Notes: a model not told the origin generated them from the sequence alone. 63,939 nt of DNA, filler included, from Octopus bimaculoides (GCF_001194135.2; 8 parts of 7 records of this genome joined end to end with filler, not necessarily neighbours in it), one strand, 5' to 3'; positions 49,119 to 62,039 are shown, counted from the first letter of the whole stretch. Translations and numbers: made by a program.

Positions 49119-50013
49119 ATGAGGATATCTGTGTGAAAAAGTGCCACACCCTAGCAGTTGAGGGAACCTGTGGAAGAGGTAGACCCAGAAAGACTTGGGA
49201 TGAGGTGGTGAAGCACGACCTTCGAACTTTAGGCCTCACCGAGGCAATAACTAATGACCGGGACCTTTGGAAATATGCAGTACGTGAGAAGACCTGGCAA
49301 GCCAAGTGAGAGCATAATCTCTGGCCTCTGCCAGAAGTGTAGCCAGCTCACTTATTCGTATCTTTACTTCATTGGACACTAAACTCTGCTTGAAAAGACC
49401 TGTTGAGGCAAATGAATTTGAATTTGAAATCAAAATCGAACCAAATTCAACGACAGGCACCCATGCCAACCTTTCTTTCATTGGACACTAAACTCTGCTT
49501 GCGAAGAACTGTTGGGGCAAGTGAAATTGAAATCGTAATTGAACCATATTTGATGACTGGCACCTGTGCCAGTAGAGCACTAACAGCACTGTCCGAGTGT
49601 GATCATTGCCAGAGCAGCTGTCTGGCTTCCATGCTAGCGGCACATAAATAGCACCATTTGAGTGTGATCGTTACTAGCGTTGCCTTACTGGAACTTGTGC
49701 TGGTGGCATGTTAGAAAATCATTTGAGCGAGGTCATTGCTAGTGCTGCTGGACTGGCTCCTGTGCAGGTGGCATGTAAAAAACACCATTTTGAGTGTGGC
49801 TGTTGCCAGTACCGCATGACTGGCCCTCGTGCCGGTGGCATGTAAAAGCACCCACTACACTCTCGGAGTGGTTGGCATTAGGAAGGGCATTCAGCTGTAG
49901 AAACTCTGCCATATCAGATTGGAGCCTGGTGCAGCCATCCAGTTCACCAGTCCTCAATCAAATCATCCAACCCATGCTAGCATGGAAAACAGACGTTAAG
50001 TGATGATGATGAT
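49119..50013 (+). mobile_element. RTE LINE 3' end with long tandem-repeat 3'UTR
   Basis: EDICVKKCHTLAVEGTCGRGRPRKTWDEVVKHDL...REKTWQAK* (stop 49307-49309); the UTR ends CCAACCCATGCTAGCATGGAAAACAGACGTTAAG(TGA)n. Confidence 0.92.
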
Positions 50014-50169
50014 ATTATAGTAAAATCTACCTATAACAACAAATTCACTGTAAAATTTGCTTCAGTTATTACTAAGTCTTCACATTTTTAGTCTTGACCC
50101 AGTGCCTATTTTTTACATAATGAATTTGCAAGCCATATACTATCCTAATTTGCATAAAAATTTAGCTAT

Positions 50170-50880
50170 ATTGGTACTTCTGGTTCTCATTTTTTAAAGT
50201 ATTCTAGTGTGTCAATATTTTAACAAAATGACGGTACCTTTATTAATTATGTTACTTTGTTAATTAAAATCAAATAATTTGTAATATTCAAATTTTATCC
50301 TTAGCTGCAATATTTTAAGTAAAACTTTTTTGTTCTGTACTTTACCAGATATAATAATAACTTGACCTGAACTTCTCCAAGTGTAATAACTTGTCCTGTA
50401 CTTTTCCAGATTTATAATCTTAAGAATATTATTTCTCTTGCACGCATTTTTCCATGTAATCCATGCTATTATGCTAATCAATAATGTATTAATTAGTAAT
50501 TCAAGATGTTACCTGATTGAAAATTACCTCAATGATGCTGGTGACATATATTAAAAGTCCCCTTATAAAACTATATTCATAAAAAAGTATAGAACCTTTT
50601 ATCACCCTCAAATTTAAGAAACAAACACTCATAACTGTTTTCTTTTTAAACTTCTTTCTTGTCTCGGATATTATGAGACTGTGTTTACAGGATACAATTG
50701 CATTAATTAATATGGATGATGTAATTAAACTAATTGCAAATTAGCAGTGTCGTTGATAATTTTTCCCTTACCTCAATGATGCCGGTAACATATAAAAAGT
50801 CCCTTTATAGAATTATACTCATAAAAAAGTATAGAACTATATTATCACCCTCAAATTTGAGAAACAAACACTCATAACAT
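50170..50880 (-). mobile_element. Unclassified dispersed repeat with internal direct repeat of about 110 bp
   Basis: Homologous to 3235-3590; 50524-50635 is repeated at 50768-50878. Confidence 0.65.
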
Positions 50881-51974
50881 TTTTCTTTTGAAACATTGTA
50901 TGAGATTAATACCATGAAATTCCTTGAATTGAGCTCTATCATTTAAGCTTAATTAAAATATAACTTGTTTTTAAAATAAAAAAGTTAATTATACTTAAAT
51001 CCAATTTTTTGCCCTACTTATATTTTTTTTTCATATTTACCTCAACCTTTTGATACAAACTTTTGTTGCATGGGACCAAAACTGTGAAATTCTTCATGCT
51101 TTCTTCTATCATTGAAGCTAAGATAAATATATTTTGCTTTTAAAATAAAAAAGTTATTTAGATCTAAACTTGATTGGTGGTGTTACTTACTCTCCTATAA
51201 CATTGCTACAAATTTTGATGTAATGTAAACTTTTTTCTACTGGATCAAACTTCAGTTTTTTAATGCCAAAATGTAGCTAGGGATTAGTGCTCTCCAAAAA
51301 TGTTAACAGTTTTCAATTTGGTTAAGAACTTAATTAGCAACAAAGCTCTGATGATGCTGTATGTGAGTAAATTGTGGCCTTAAGAATATTATTCAACTAC
51401 TACCATAGTTGAATGATAATATGGATGGATGAAGGATAAAAGATGGTCCTCAACTTTTGATGAAGTCATAGGAGCATTGTCCTAATATATGATGTGAATT
51501 AAGCATTTTAAACCTGGCAGAATCCATTTGTCTTCAGGTGTGTACATAGCAGTTTTCTTCCAGAGAGAGACAAAGAGAGAGAGAGGAGGGGGAGAGAGAG
51601 AAAAGAATCAGCTCCAGTGTAGAACTAGTACTTTATTGGCTTGAAAAAGATGAAAGGTAAAGTTGATCTTGGTGAGATTTGAACATGATGTGCATAGACC
51701 CAGAATGAATACTGCAAGGCATTCTATCAGACATTCTAATGATTTTGTTGGATGTGAAAATATAATGTGAGTAAATATAATTCCAAAAGTTTGTAATACA
51801 AACCATTTTTTTTGGTCTACCTTGGCTTTCCTTACATACATGAAATTTGTTTTTACATATACTCCAAAAACATTTCGTTTAGTGAACAAATTGTGTTTTG
51901 AAGACAGAAGAAAACTGATGCCTTTATCCTATGAGGGATAATTAGTAATAATAATGATAATAATCCTCTTTTAT

Positions 51975-52427
51975 TTTGGCTTCAAGCCAGAAATTGTGAG
52001 GGATGGGGAAAACACTTACACCGACCCCCAGTGCTCAACTGATACCTATTTTATCAACCCCGAAAGAATGAAAGGCAAAGTTGACCCAGGTGGAATTTGA
52101 ACTTGGAATGAAGGGTTGGATGAAATGTCGCAAAGCCTTTCGTCTGGCATGCTAACAATTCTGCTAATTTGCTGCCTGAGTAATAATGGTCTCAAATTTT
52201 GGCACAAGGCCAGCAGGTTTGCAGTTGGGCTTAAGTCAATCAAATTGACCCCAGTGTTCAACTGGTACTTATTTTATTGACCCTAAAAAGATGAAAGGCA
52301 AAGTCGACACCACCGGAATTTGAACTCAGAATGTAAAGACAGATGAGATACTGCTAAGCATTTTGCCTGGCATGCTAACAATTCTACCAGCTTGCCACCT
52401 AAAATAATAATAATAATAATAATAATG

Positions 52428-52483
<56 letters not shown>

Positions 52484-52678
52484 CCTTTCTATAGGCACAA
52501 GGCCTGAAATTTGGGGGAGGGGACTAGTTGATAACATCAGCCCCAGTTTTTCACTGGTACTTATTTTATCAACCCTGAAAAGATAAAAGGATGAAACTCG
52601 GAGGAATTTGAACACAGAATGTAGCACCAGATGAAATACCAATAAGCATTTCACCAGGCTTAACGATTCTGCCAGCTC
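51975..52678 (-). mobile_element. Three head-to-tail SINE family B copies separated by (TAA)n
   Basis: Units at about 51975-52178, 52188-52400 and 52484-52678; (TAA)n at 52403-52483 and from 52679 onward. Confidence 0.88.
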
Positions 52679-52698
52679 TAATAATAATAACAATAATA

Positions 52699-52729
<31 letters not shown>

Positions 52730-53471
52730 GAATAATAATAGCAATGGCTGAGTTTATATAAAAGAAGATTAATGAAACAATCTGTATTTCTTATTTCTTT
52801 TATGGTAGCTTCTATAAAGCTCATTTATAATTCCAATATAGCGACCAAATCTCCCATAACAAACTTGCAATTACTTTTAGAGTTACTAAATAATAAATGT
52901 TACAATACACTGGAGGTAAATTATTAAATAAAAGTGACTTATAGCAGATGATGTTTTAGTTATATCAATTGACTGGTCTTAGAAAGTCATTCTGGATGTT
53001 ATTTAAGTTTTGTGTGATTGAATAGAAATAGTATTGTATATTACATTTAGAAGATTACTAATTACATTCACTATAGCTAGGCTATTATTAACATCTATGT
53101 ATGAAACTTACTTCAATACCTATTTTTCTACTCCTATGTTTGTGTACGTGAGTATGTAATATATATACATATATATATAATTCTTATATAAAAATGTTGT
53201 TGACAGTGACTTCGAAGTATTGGTCAGCTAAGCCAATGTTGAAATGCTCAAACCCACACATCCAAAGATGATTTTAACTCAACAGAGACTATATAAAGGC
53301 AGGGCTAATTCTTAGCTGACTGAAACTTGGAAGTCACTGTCAATAATATTCTTGTTTAAGAATAGTAAATTTGTATTCTACAAAGATATAGAATAATCCG
53401 TCAGATTAATGCAAAATTGTTTTTATTATAACTAAATATAAAAACAAACGTAAATGGATTTATAATTATTT

Positions 53472-53530
<59 letters not shown>

Positions 53531-53649
53531 ATAAATAATAAATAGTATATATATATTGTTGTATTTAGGGATGGTCATATTGCCAGTTTAGCCAATAAAA
53601 ACACACACACTGTATATTTGGTGTTAATTTGCGTCAACTTTATATTACA

Positions 53650-54417
53650 CTAGCAGAGATACCCAGCGTTGCCCGTGTTACATGCAATTGAAGGATGAGA
53701 CTTTTCTCTATTTCCTGTAAGGAACTGGAATAGATATGATTCGAATTTCATCAAAATTGCACATGTGGGTTCTTTCCCTCTTTACACACCCTAAAAAAAT
53801 TCTAATCATGAGACATGTATCCCATACTATTAATCTTTATGCACATATTCCAAAATTTCAGTCTTCTGGAACCTGTAAAAAGGATTTTGTTCCTGAAAAA
53901 TGGAGCTCATGGAGCTCTAAAATATGGGAATGAAGGCCCCTATTGGGGGTGGGTGTGTTAATGTCAACCAGAGAAGTTGAATTGTGGGGAATGTTTTTAA
54001 CTTTGGTTTTATAGTATACCTGTATATATGTGAGAGTATAGTTTCATTTTCATAGTTTCAGTATGAAATTGAAAGTATTAAAGTGAAAGTATTTGAAATT
54101 ACAGTAGCGACATGTTATTGTTTCACTTTTGAAATGTAATACTGAAATAGTGGAATAGTTTCAGTGTGAAAGTGAAAGTATCTGACATTACAGTAGAGAG
54201 ATGTTATTGTTTCACTTTTGACACATAATACTGAAATAGTGGAGGAGATATGATATTGGTGTGGGCTCGAACTATGCAAGAAGTTAAAAATTGTTTTGGC
54301 CTAAGACACTACATGGACCCTAAGTAAGGCATGTGTTAATTTCAAATGACATTGGTTGTGTAGTTTTCGAGTTTTATGGATTCACACAGACACATATTCT
54401 CATCTTTATATATCTGA
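53650..54417 (-). mobile_element. Non-autonomous Helitron, apparently complete
   Basis: Minus strand starts A|TC at 54417 and ends with a hairpin plus CTAG|T at 53650; internal tandem duplication of about 100 bp at 54053-54243. Confidence 0.75.
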
Positions 54418-54849
54418 TNNNNNNNNNNNNNNNNNNNNNNNNNNNNNNNNNNNNNNNNNNNNTTAATTAATTAANNNNNNNNNNNNNNNNNNNNNNNNNN
54501 NNNNNNNNNNNNNNNNNNGTGCGTATTTATGTGTGTAACAATTTTAGAGTTCGGATTCTAGAGTTAGGATTAGGGTTGAAATGTCAGAACTAACGGGGAT
54601 TAATACGATGTACACCGTTACAGCGCTGTTTTCAACTGAATAGACGTCAGTGATTAGTAGAAATTATCGAAATAAGACAATTTTTTACATGAAATAAATT
54701 CGAATACAAAATTTTTTTTCTGTTCTATAACACAAAATAGATAAGTATACGAAGTTTGAAAGTCTTTTGGTACCAAAAACACTACATAGAACATAAATAA
54801 AAACTGGTGCCCCAGTTTTGAACAAGATCCGCAGCTTTTAAGCTAGCCC

Positions 54850-55075
54850 CTGTAGGTGTGTGTGTGTATGTTTGTGTGTCTGTATTTGTACCCCCACCAT
54901 CGACTGACAACCGATGCTGGTGTGCTTACGTCCTCGTAACGTAACGGTTCGACAAAAGAGACCGATAGAATAAGTGCTCGGCTTACAAAGAATAAGGCCT
55001 GAGGCCGATTTGTTCCACTGAAGGCGGTACTCAAGCATGGCCGCAGTCAAATGACTGAAACAAGTAAAAGAGTGA
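54850..55075 (+). mobile_element. SINE family A, 3' half
   Basis: (TG)n then GACAACCGATGCTGGTGTG...ATGACTGAAACAAGTAAAAGAG. Confidence 0.85.
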
Positions 55076-55269
55076 ATGAGAGTCACCTATGTTTCAAACT
55101 CTTTCAACTTCAAACAACAGCAACTATGCTGACCAGTTTTTACTGCTACAGATGATGCAACAGTATAGAATGATGATGCAATACTTGCCATGTAATGCTT
55201 TCAAACATCTAGGGAGAAAATAACGAGAAATAAGAAATTGTCTACTCCTACAGATCTTTTTGTTTTTTA

Positions 55270-55455
55270 TAACATGCTTGCTGTGTCGTTAAGAGGCACG
55301 TTTTGCAATCACACGGTCTCGTGTTCAATACCACTGCGCGACACATTGGGGAAGTATCTTCTACTAAAACTCCGAACAGACCGGTGTTTTGAGAATGAAT
55401 TTTTAGTAGAAAGTGGGTTACGGAAACTGTATGGAAGTCCGTCTTGTGTGTGTGC

Positions 55456-55498
<43 letters not shown>

Positions 55499-55680
55499 GT
55501 GTGTATGTGTCACTGCTTGACAGTTCGTGTTGATTTGTTTACGCCACCGTAACGTAGCGGTTCGACTAATGAAGCCGATAGACTAAGCACCAGAGTTAAA
55601 TACCTACTCTGATCGATTCTCCAGAGCGGTGCTCCAGCACAGCCACAGTCCTATGACTAAAAAAATAAAAGTAAAAGATT
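55270..55680 (+). mobile_element. SINE family A, degenerate full copy
   Basis: Decayed head, (TA)n centre and 3' tail. Confidence 0.7.
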
Positions 55681-56277
55681 TATAATGAAATAGAGATAGG
55701 GCAGCACCGAGGTCTTTATTATTCTAACCCAAATTAAATCATCGAACGCAAGACCTCTATTACAAAGATTGATCTTAACCAGAGCAATATAATGCAAGGA
55801 TTTTTATGCGCAAATACTGGTATACATACAGTTTGAGGGATTGTTATTTCATACGAGGTTTTGTTTCTGAAATAGTGTAAAGTTACCTCCCTTAATTTAC
55901 ACGTCATACAACCATGAACTCTAAAAAAATCATTCTACTTTTAGGTTATTATCACTTGTAATAGTAAAAGCCGAGTAGCAACAGCTCGCTCACAGGTAAG
56001 CGTGTTTTTATATATATATAATCATACTTACACAAGTTGTATGTGTATATATACATGTATACATGCATATATAGATATTCATACTCATACGCACTGTCTT
56101 ATGTAATTCATGTGTGTGCAGCTTTAAAATATATTGATATATTAAACTCACTGCTGGATTTCTGTGTAAATAATACCGAAGTTTAGTCAGTAATAAACTT
56201 AAAATTTTCCTGCTCCCGCTTGAAATATGTTAAGTGCTAAATTTTCAATATTTCCGATAAAGCTGTTTCAATTATCG

Positions 56278-56500
56278 GCAAAGCTGGCGTTAGCACGCCG
56301 GGCGAAATGCTTAATGGTATTTCGTCTGCCGTTACGTTCTGAGTTCAAATTCCGCCGAGGTCGACTTTGCCTTTCATCCTTTCGGGGTCGATAAATTAAG
56401 TACCAGTTACGCACTGAGGTCGATGTAATCGACTTAATCCCTTTGTCTCTCCTGCTTTGTCTCCTCTATGTCTAGCCCCTTTTGGGCAATAAAGAAATAA
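56278..56500 (+). mobile_element. SINE family B, young copy
   Basis: GTTCTGAGTTCAAATTCC (box B-like), then GCCTTTCATCCTTTCGGGGTCGATAAATTAAGTACCAG. Confidence 0.9.
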
Positions 56501-56639
56501 GATAGATAGATAGGTGTTTTTATAGTTTTCTGTCATTCGGATTACATTTTCTCTGGTAATATTTAAACTTTCGACCACTGAAGTTTAAATTTAGCTGACA
56601 GTTGATGTTGTTATTAAAAGATATATTTTATTTGACAAG

Positions 56640-56671
<32 letters not shown>

Positions 56672-58718
56672 GCGTGTATTTTGTTCTTTCATTAAGATGA
56701 TTTCTCTCCTTGGACAAGCAATTATCCTGAGCAAAATATTGAGGCATTAAGTAAGACTGCTGTTATGACATTCAGCGTGCCTTGAGCAATTGCCTGACGG
56801 TACCCGTCCTTTTCATGGTCTGTCCCATAGCTGATTTCTTCGAGAAAGCGAAACAAAGACAGAAAGAAAAGTGGTGGTGGGAGAGGGATCGGTTCCACTG
56901 CTTGACTGTTACTTTATTTAGACTCCAAAAGAACATAAGGCAAAGTTAACAGTAGGAATTAAATTCAGAGTGCAGAGAACCTGAATAAATACGGTACTAC
57001 AAATTTCTGTTCCGACGCTCTGGTAACTTTGCTTCGCCTCATAGTTACGAAGGCTTGACTCAGTTAAGCAGTAAGGAAAGATCTTGAAGTGCTATTCATT
57101 ATAGACGAGTGCCTGCTTTCGCATTTGTGTGTATAATTGTGTATGTCTCGTGTACTTCAAATTCTACTCACAGACTTTTGTATAGACAGGAACGAGTCAA
57201 TGAGGAACTTTAAGCGGTCGCGCGATCGGCTAGAAATAGCAAGAAAATATCCCTTAGATCACATTGTAGAGAGAACTGATTATATTATGTAGAGCTATGA
57301 AAAATTTACAGGTGAGGATGGGTGAATGATCCGAAACTTCCGATGTTTATAACAGAAATTCGAATAAATTTTAGAATTCAAGTTTTCTAATTTAAGCACC
57401 ACGCCTGCAGTTTTCAGCGGGTATTTGATTGAAACTTCGAAGAGATGAAAGGCAAAGATGAGTTCGGCGAAATTTGAATTCAGGATGCAGAATAAAAATA
57501 AAATGTGATGTATGTGTGCGCACGCATGGTCCGAAAATTTGCCTAATTAATTTCCATAAATATATATATAATAAGAAAAAGAAGTGATGATCACAACTGG
57601 AACGCTTTGATTAGAACTGACACCAAGCCTATTTCTGTACGCACACTAGTATTGACGTGTGTATGTACCTAAGAAAAGATAGACTATTTATTGTGATGGT
57701 GCGTAGTGTTCTATTGTTGAGAGAATATAGAAAAATAGAATCAAAATGCAGGAATGAATGTATATACATTGCAGACAGAAGAGCTGTGTTAACCATTAAA
57801 TAAAATAAGCTGGTGCTTAAAGCCTTGTTTTTCCGTTCTTTGTTTTTTTTACCCGGTACCTGATTCATCATGATGCAAATGAGAAGCTCAATGAATGTGT
57901 GTGTAGTACAAATATTTAATAATAATTATTGTTATTATAAATATTACCATATTCTTGAAAACTTTATTATGAAATAATGTAAAGCGATGAAAACTTAGGA
58001 ATACAACAAAATTGGAATCTGACCACTGCCATATGGATCACTCTCGGTGGCTCCTTAGCCAACGGGGAAAGACCACGTGGTCGCTCGGCTTGCTGAAAGT
58101 AGCAGCCAAATCTCCTTCAAATTGTTCATGAAAAAAAAAAAGACACGTTAGATTTTGTGGTTCTGCATTCCCAGTACACGTGTGTGTGTGGGGGGGGGGA
58201 ATGAAACGAAAGGCGGTGTGGTCATTGCTGGAATGTCTGTGATCGTAGATAGATCTCGATCACGGTGACTTTACGAAACACTTATTCGCCACCAAACTAT
58301 GCATACAATTGCATTACTGCACAAACACGCATTGTTATTATATTTTAATAAAAGAGCAATATATATACATAATCGGAGTTTATATTCTTAGACACATGAA
58401 CATTTACGAGCATACTGGCGCGCGCATATTTACAAATTAAGATTCGAAAAGCTTATGCATATGTAATTTAAATAGACTAACACACTGAAGCACCGCTGCT
58501 TCGACACATACAATTATGTATTCTAACACACTCGCATGTATTGCCGTCACTCGAGGTAATACCGCGAGCGTGTTGGCCGTCTTCAGTAGGTTTCATTAAA
58601 CCTTGTTATTTGACCAACCGATGCACTTAGTGTTGAATTGATGCTTTCTTCTTTTCCTATTTCTGTCTGCGCTAATGTTGTTTTCTTCGGTTTTGATTTG
58701 CATTTTAATGTGGTTATA

Positions 58719-58767
<49 letters not shown>

Positions 58768-59575
58768 NNNNNNNNNNNNNNNNNNNNNNNNNNNNNNNNN
58801 NNNNNNNNNNNTTAATTAATTAANNNNNNNNNNNNNNNNNNNNNNNNNNNNNNNNNNNNNNNNNNNNTATATATATATATATATAGTTATAGTAATTTAA
58901 TACTGCTTCAATTGCATTCACCGGATGTCCGCTGACTAATCGCTTTAGTAGTGTATCTCTTTTTCACTCTTTCCTATACCGCGGGCAGCAAGTTTCTTCT
59001 AAGCTGGTTGTTGCAAGTAGACTTCAATCACAAGGTCCAAAATGGCCGAAATGCTGCCTCCGTTCTCTGTACAGCTGATTCCACTTTTCGTCCGCCTCCA
59101 TATTGTGCTTTTTTAAGGCAGTACGTCAGTGTGAGTTTTTGGCTTTTATTATGGACAAAAACCACAGTATCTTGCCTATCAATGGGGTATGTGAAGGACA
59201 ATACATAGATTACTGTACTTAGAAGAAAAAATGAATCGTGGGGAAAAAAGCTGTAAGTTCACCCCTATATATGAGAAAGAAACATTGGTTAGATCAGCTT
59301 AGGCGTCCCATATCTCGATCTGGCCTTCAGTTTTGTTCTTATCTCTCATACATCCATATGTATCTGTAAACACTTTCTGAGTGGGTTGGCCAAAGAAGCA
59401 ACCCATATTCGGAATACATTTCACAATAACAGTCTATTGTTCTTATTGTTAATGTTAGCATTTTTTAGCTTCCATCCTCTTATTTGTTCATCCATTTCTT
59501 TATCAAGAGACTTCCCATGACTCCAATGATGTGTTAATGTCTCAATGAAGCGCTACTCGCCCTTTCAGAAAACAT

Positions 59576-59948
59576 TATTACTCCCACCTTAGCGAAGGCG
59601 GAAGCATTGTTTTCAGTCGTGTTTGTTTGTTTGTCCGTGGACAAGATATCTCAAGAACCACTGGATGGATTCGAATGAAACTTCCAAGGATGTTTGGCCT
59701 CGTGACTGGCACGAACTGGTTACATTTTGAGATCGATCTGGTACCGAACAAGGATTCTGGATTATTTTTTCGTTTTTTTTTTATTTATTAATTTTTGAGA
59801 GCGGTCGGTTTCAATTTTAGCATTTTTGTTTGTGAGAGCAGTCGAGTTTATTTCAGATAATCTCATTTTAAAAATCACCTCCAGCTAATCGTTGAGAGGG
59901 TGTTGGTGTTACCTTGGCGGAGGTTTGCGCTCCCTGAGAGCTCTTGTT
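59576..59948 (+). mobile_element. Non-autonomous element with subterminal inverted repeats (HINE/DINE-1-like or Crypton-like)
   Basis: 5' hairpin CTCCCACCTTAGCGAAGGCGGAAG, a (GTTT)n tract, and a 3' CCTTGGCGGAGGTTTGCGCTC...TT end. Confidence 0.55.
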
Positions 59949-60065
59949 CCATTTAATTTTAATCCATGTTTTGATCATAACCTTGAGGAAAAGTATCATT
60001 GTACTTCTGAGGGAGATTATAATTATTTTTTGAAAAGAGTGCTCCTCCTCGCCTCTTTTTGTTGT

Positions 60066-60384
60066 TTTCCAGAATATTATCGGCCACAATTCCGGAAGTA
60101 GCGGAATATATACGTGTTGTACGCGTATATAGCACATAGCTTTGAGAAACTTCTCACCTTTTCACTCTTTTTTGCGGTCTTTTTTCTTCATTTTGCTTTT
60201 TGGCCTTTGCACTCTTTCTCCACAGGTTTCAAAATCAGCTTCCAGCTTTCATCCTCTCGTTACAATACAAGGACGTGGCGCTAGCGGTTGTTTCAGTTGA
60301 GTAGACAAGATTCTTATCACTTGTTTCTAGAACTGGTGATCTCCTCCGCTACTTCCGGAATTGTGGCCGATAATATTCTGGAAA
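60066..60384. repeat. Perfect 40-bp inverted repeats enclosing 239 bp
   Basis: TTTCCAGAATATTATCGGCCACAATTCCGGAAGTAGCGGA at 60066-60105 and its exact reverse complement at 60345-60384. Confidence 0.95.
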
Positions 60385-61412
60385 CAGGGCCTTTCTGTTC
60401 TTGCTATCGTCTCAGCTGTTTTCTTTTCCCTCCCCCTTTTATACTCCTTCAAATTCTTATTAATATGTATATTACAACTGTATTCATCTTGCGCCCTCAA
60501 TTTCATACTGTTTCTTTGAATACTCTAAACTTAGGACAGCTTTAGAAAGATCCTGTGACCTTATGAGATTCATCAGAACTTACACATTCATTTTGATACT
60601 TACATCTCACATCTCATCACCAACCCCCTGCTGTCCTTTGGTGCAAAAGAATAACCAGCTACAGATTGGCACTGTTTCCAATGTCCTTAAGCGTTATATT
60701 TGGGGTTCTCTGTCCCATGTACTGGTTTACAAGTCTAAAATAGGATATGTATCTAACTATTTCAGCCTGTAAGTTGACTGACTCTTCGGTCTTAAAAGGA
60801 GTGTAGAAAATGATATAACATTTATCCTTCTCATCAGTCGATAGAATATCTACTATATTCGCTATTGTTCTTGTTCCTGTCCAAACAGCGCTGTTTCGAT
60901 GGGAATTGGTAAGTGCTTCTATCTTACTCAAATTGCATGTTATGCCTCATGTTGTATTTTATTTTGCGTCTTTTTGGATTAGATACTGGAGCAAAAAGAG
61001 ATACATCCTGGTTTTATAAAAATTGGCAAAAAAAACTAGCTTCCCTAATACCACAACACTTTGTGCGTTGTCTAACATATTTGTCTGCGATTGAGTGTTG
61101 TTTACGTTATCACAACCATTAAAATTGCTTCGTTTTTGTTTCAGTCGTCAGCCCGCGGTCACACTGGGGTACCACCTTGAAGAATATTTAATCGAATGAA
61201 TCGATCTCAATACTTATTTTTTTAAGGCCTGGTACTTATTCTATCGATCTCGTAAATACACCAACACCGAAGTCAGTATTTGACTGGTACTTTGTCAACG
61301 CTCTAACGATTCTACCAGTTCACCACTCAAATGATCCGATGTTCTTGAAAAGCCCCCACCCCATCCCCAAAATATTTAATCGGCTCTTTTTTCGAAAATA
61401 TTTTCTCGTTAT

Positions 61413-61990
61413 GGCGCGGGCATGGCTGGGTTCCAAGAAGTTTGCTTTTCAACCACATGGTTCCGGGTTCAATGCCACTGCGTGGTACCTTAAGTAAGTA
61501 TCTTCTACTACAGCCTCGGGCGAACCAAGATACAGTGAGTGGATTTGGTAGACGGAAACTGAAAGAAGCTCGTCCTATATATATATATATATATATATAT
61601 NNNNNNNNNNNNNNNNNNNNNNNNNNNNNNNNNNNNNNNNNNNNTTAATTAATTAANNNNNNNNNNNNNNNNNNNNNNNNNNNNNNNNNNNNNNNNNNNN
61701 TATATATATACATATATGCATACAGACATACACACACATATATACACACAAATTTGTGTGAGCCTGTGTTTATGCCATTGAACGGCCCTACCACCGATTA
61801 ACAAGTGTTTGCGTGTTTACGTTCCCGTAATTTAGTTGTTCGCCAAAAGGACCCGATAGAATAAGTACCAAGCTTTATAAATTTAAGTACTGGGATCGAT
61901 TCATTCGACTAAAAAATTCTTCAATGCCGTGCTCCAGCATGGCAGCAGTCTAATGCTAAAACAAGTAAAAGATAAAAGATAAAAGATAAA
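61413..61990 (+). mobile_element. SINE family A with gapped centre
   Basis: Head, (TA)n with gap 61601-61700, and a (GATAAAA)n tail. Confidence 0.85.
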
Positions 61991-62039
61991 ATTGTACCTA
62001 TTGGGAGCCTGATAATCTGTATATTACGGATGATTATCA

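Noticed and set aside
54550-54820. Telomere-like TTAGGATTAGGG and an AAAACTGG...CCAGTTTT hairpin
   Set aside because: Only one or two degenerate units; more likely part of a repeat element than a telomeric site, and too little to classify.
16850-59140. Candidate isolated exons (about 16860-16910 minus, 51330-51365 plus, 58990-59130 plus) with AG/GTGAG boundaries
   Set aside because: No recognisable protein similarity or consistent gene model; such signals are common by chance.
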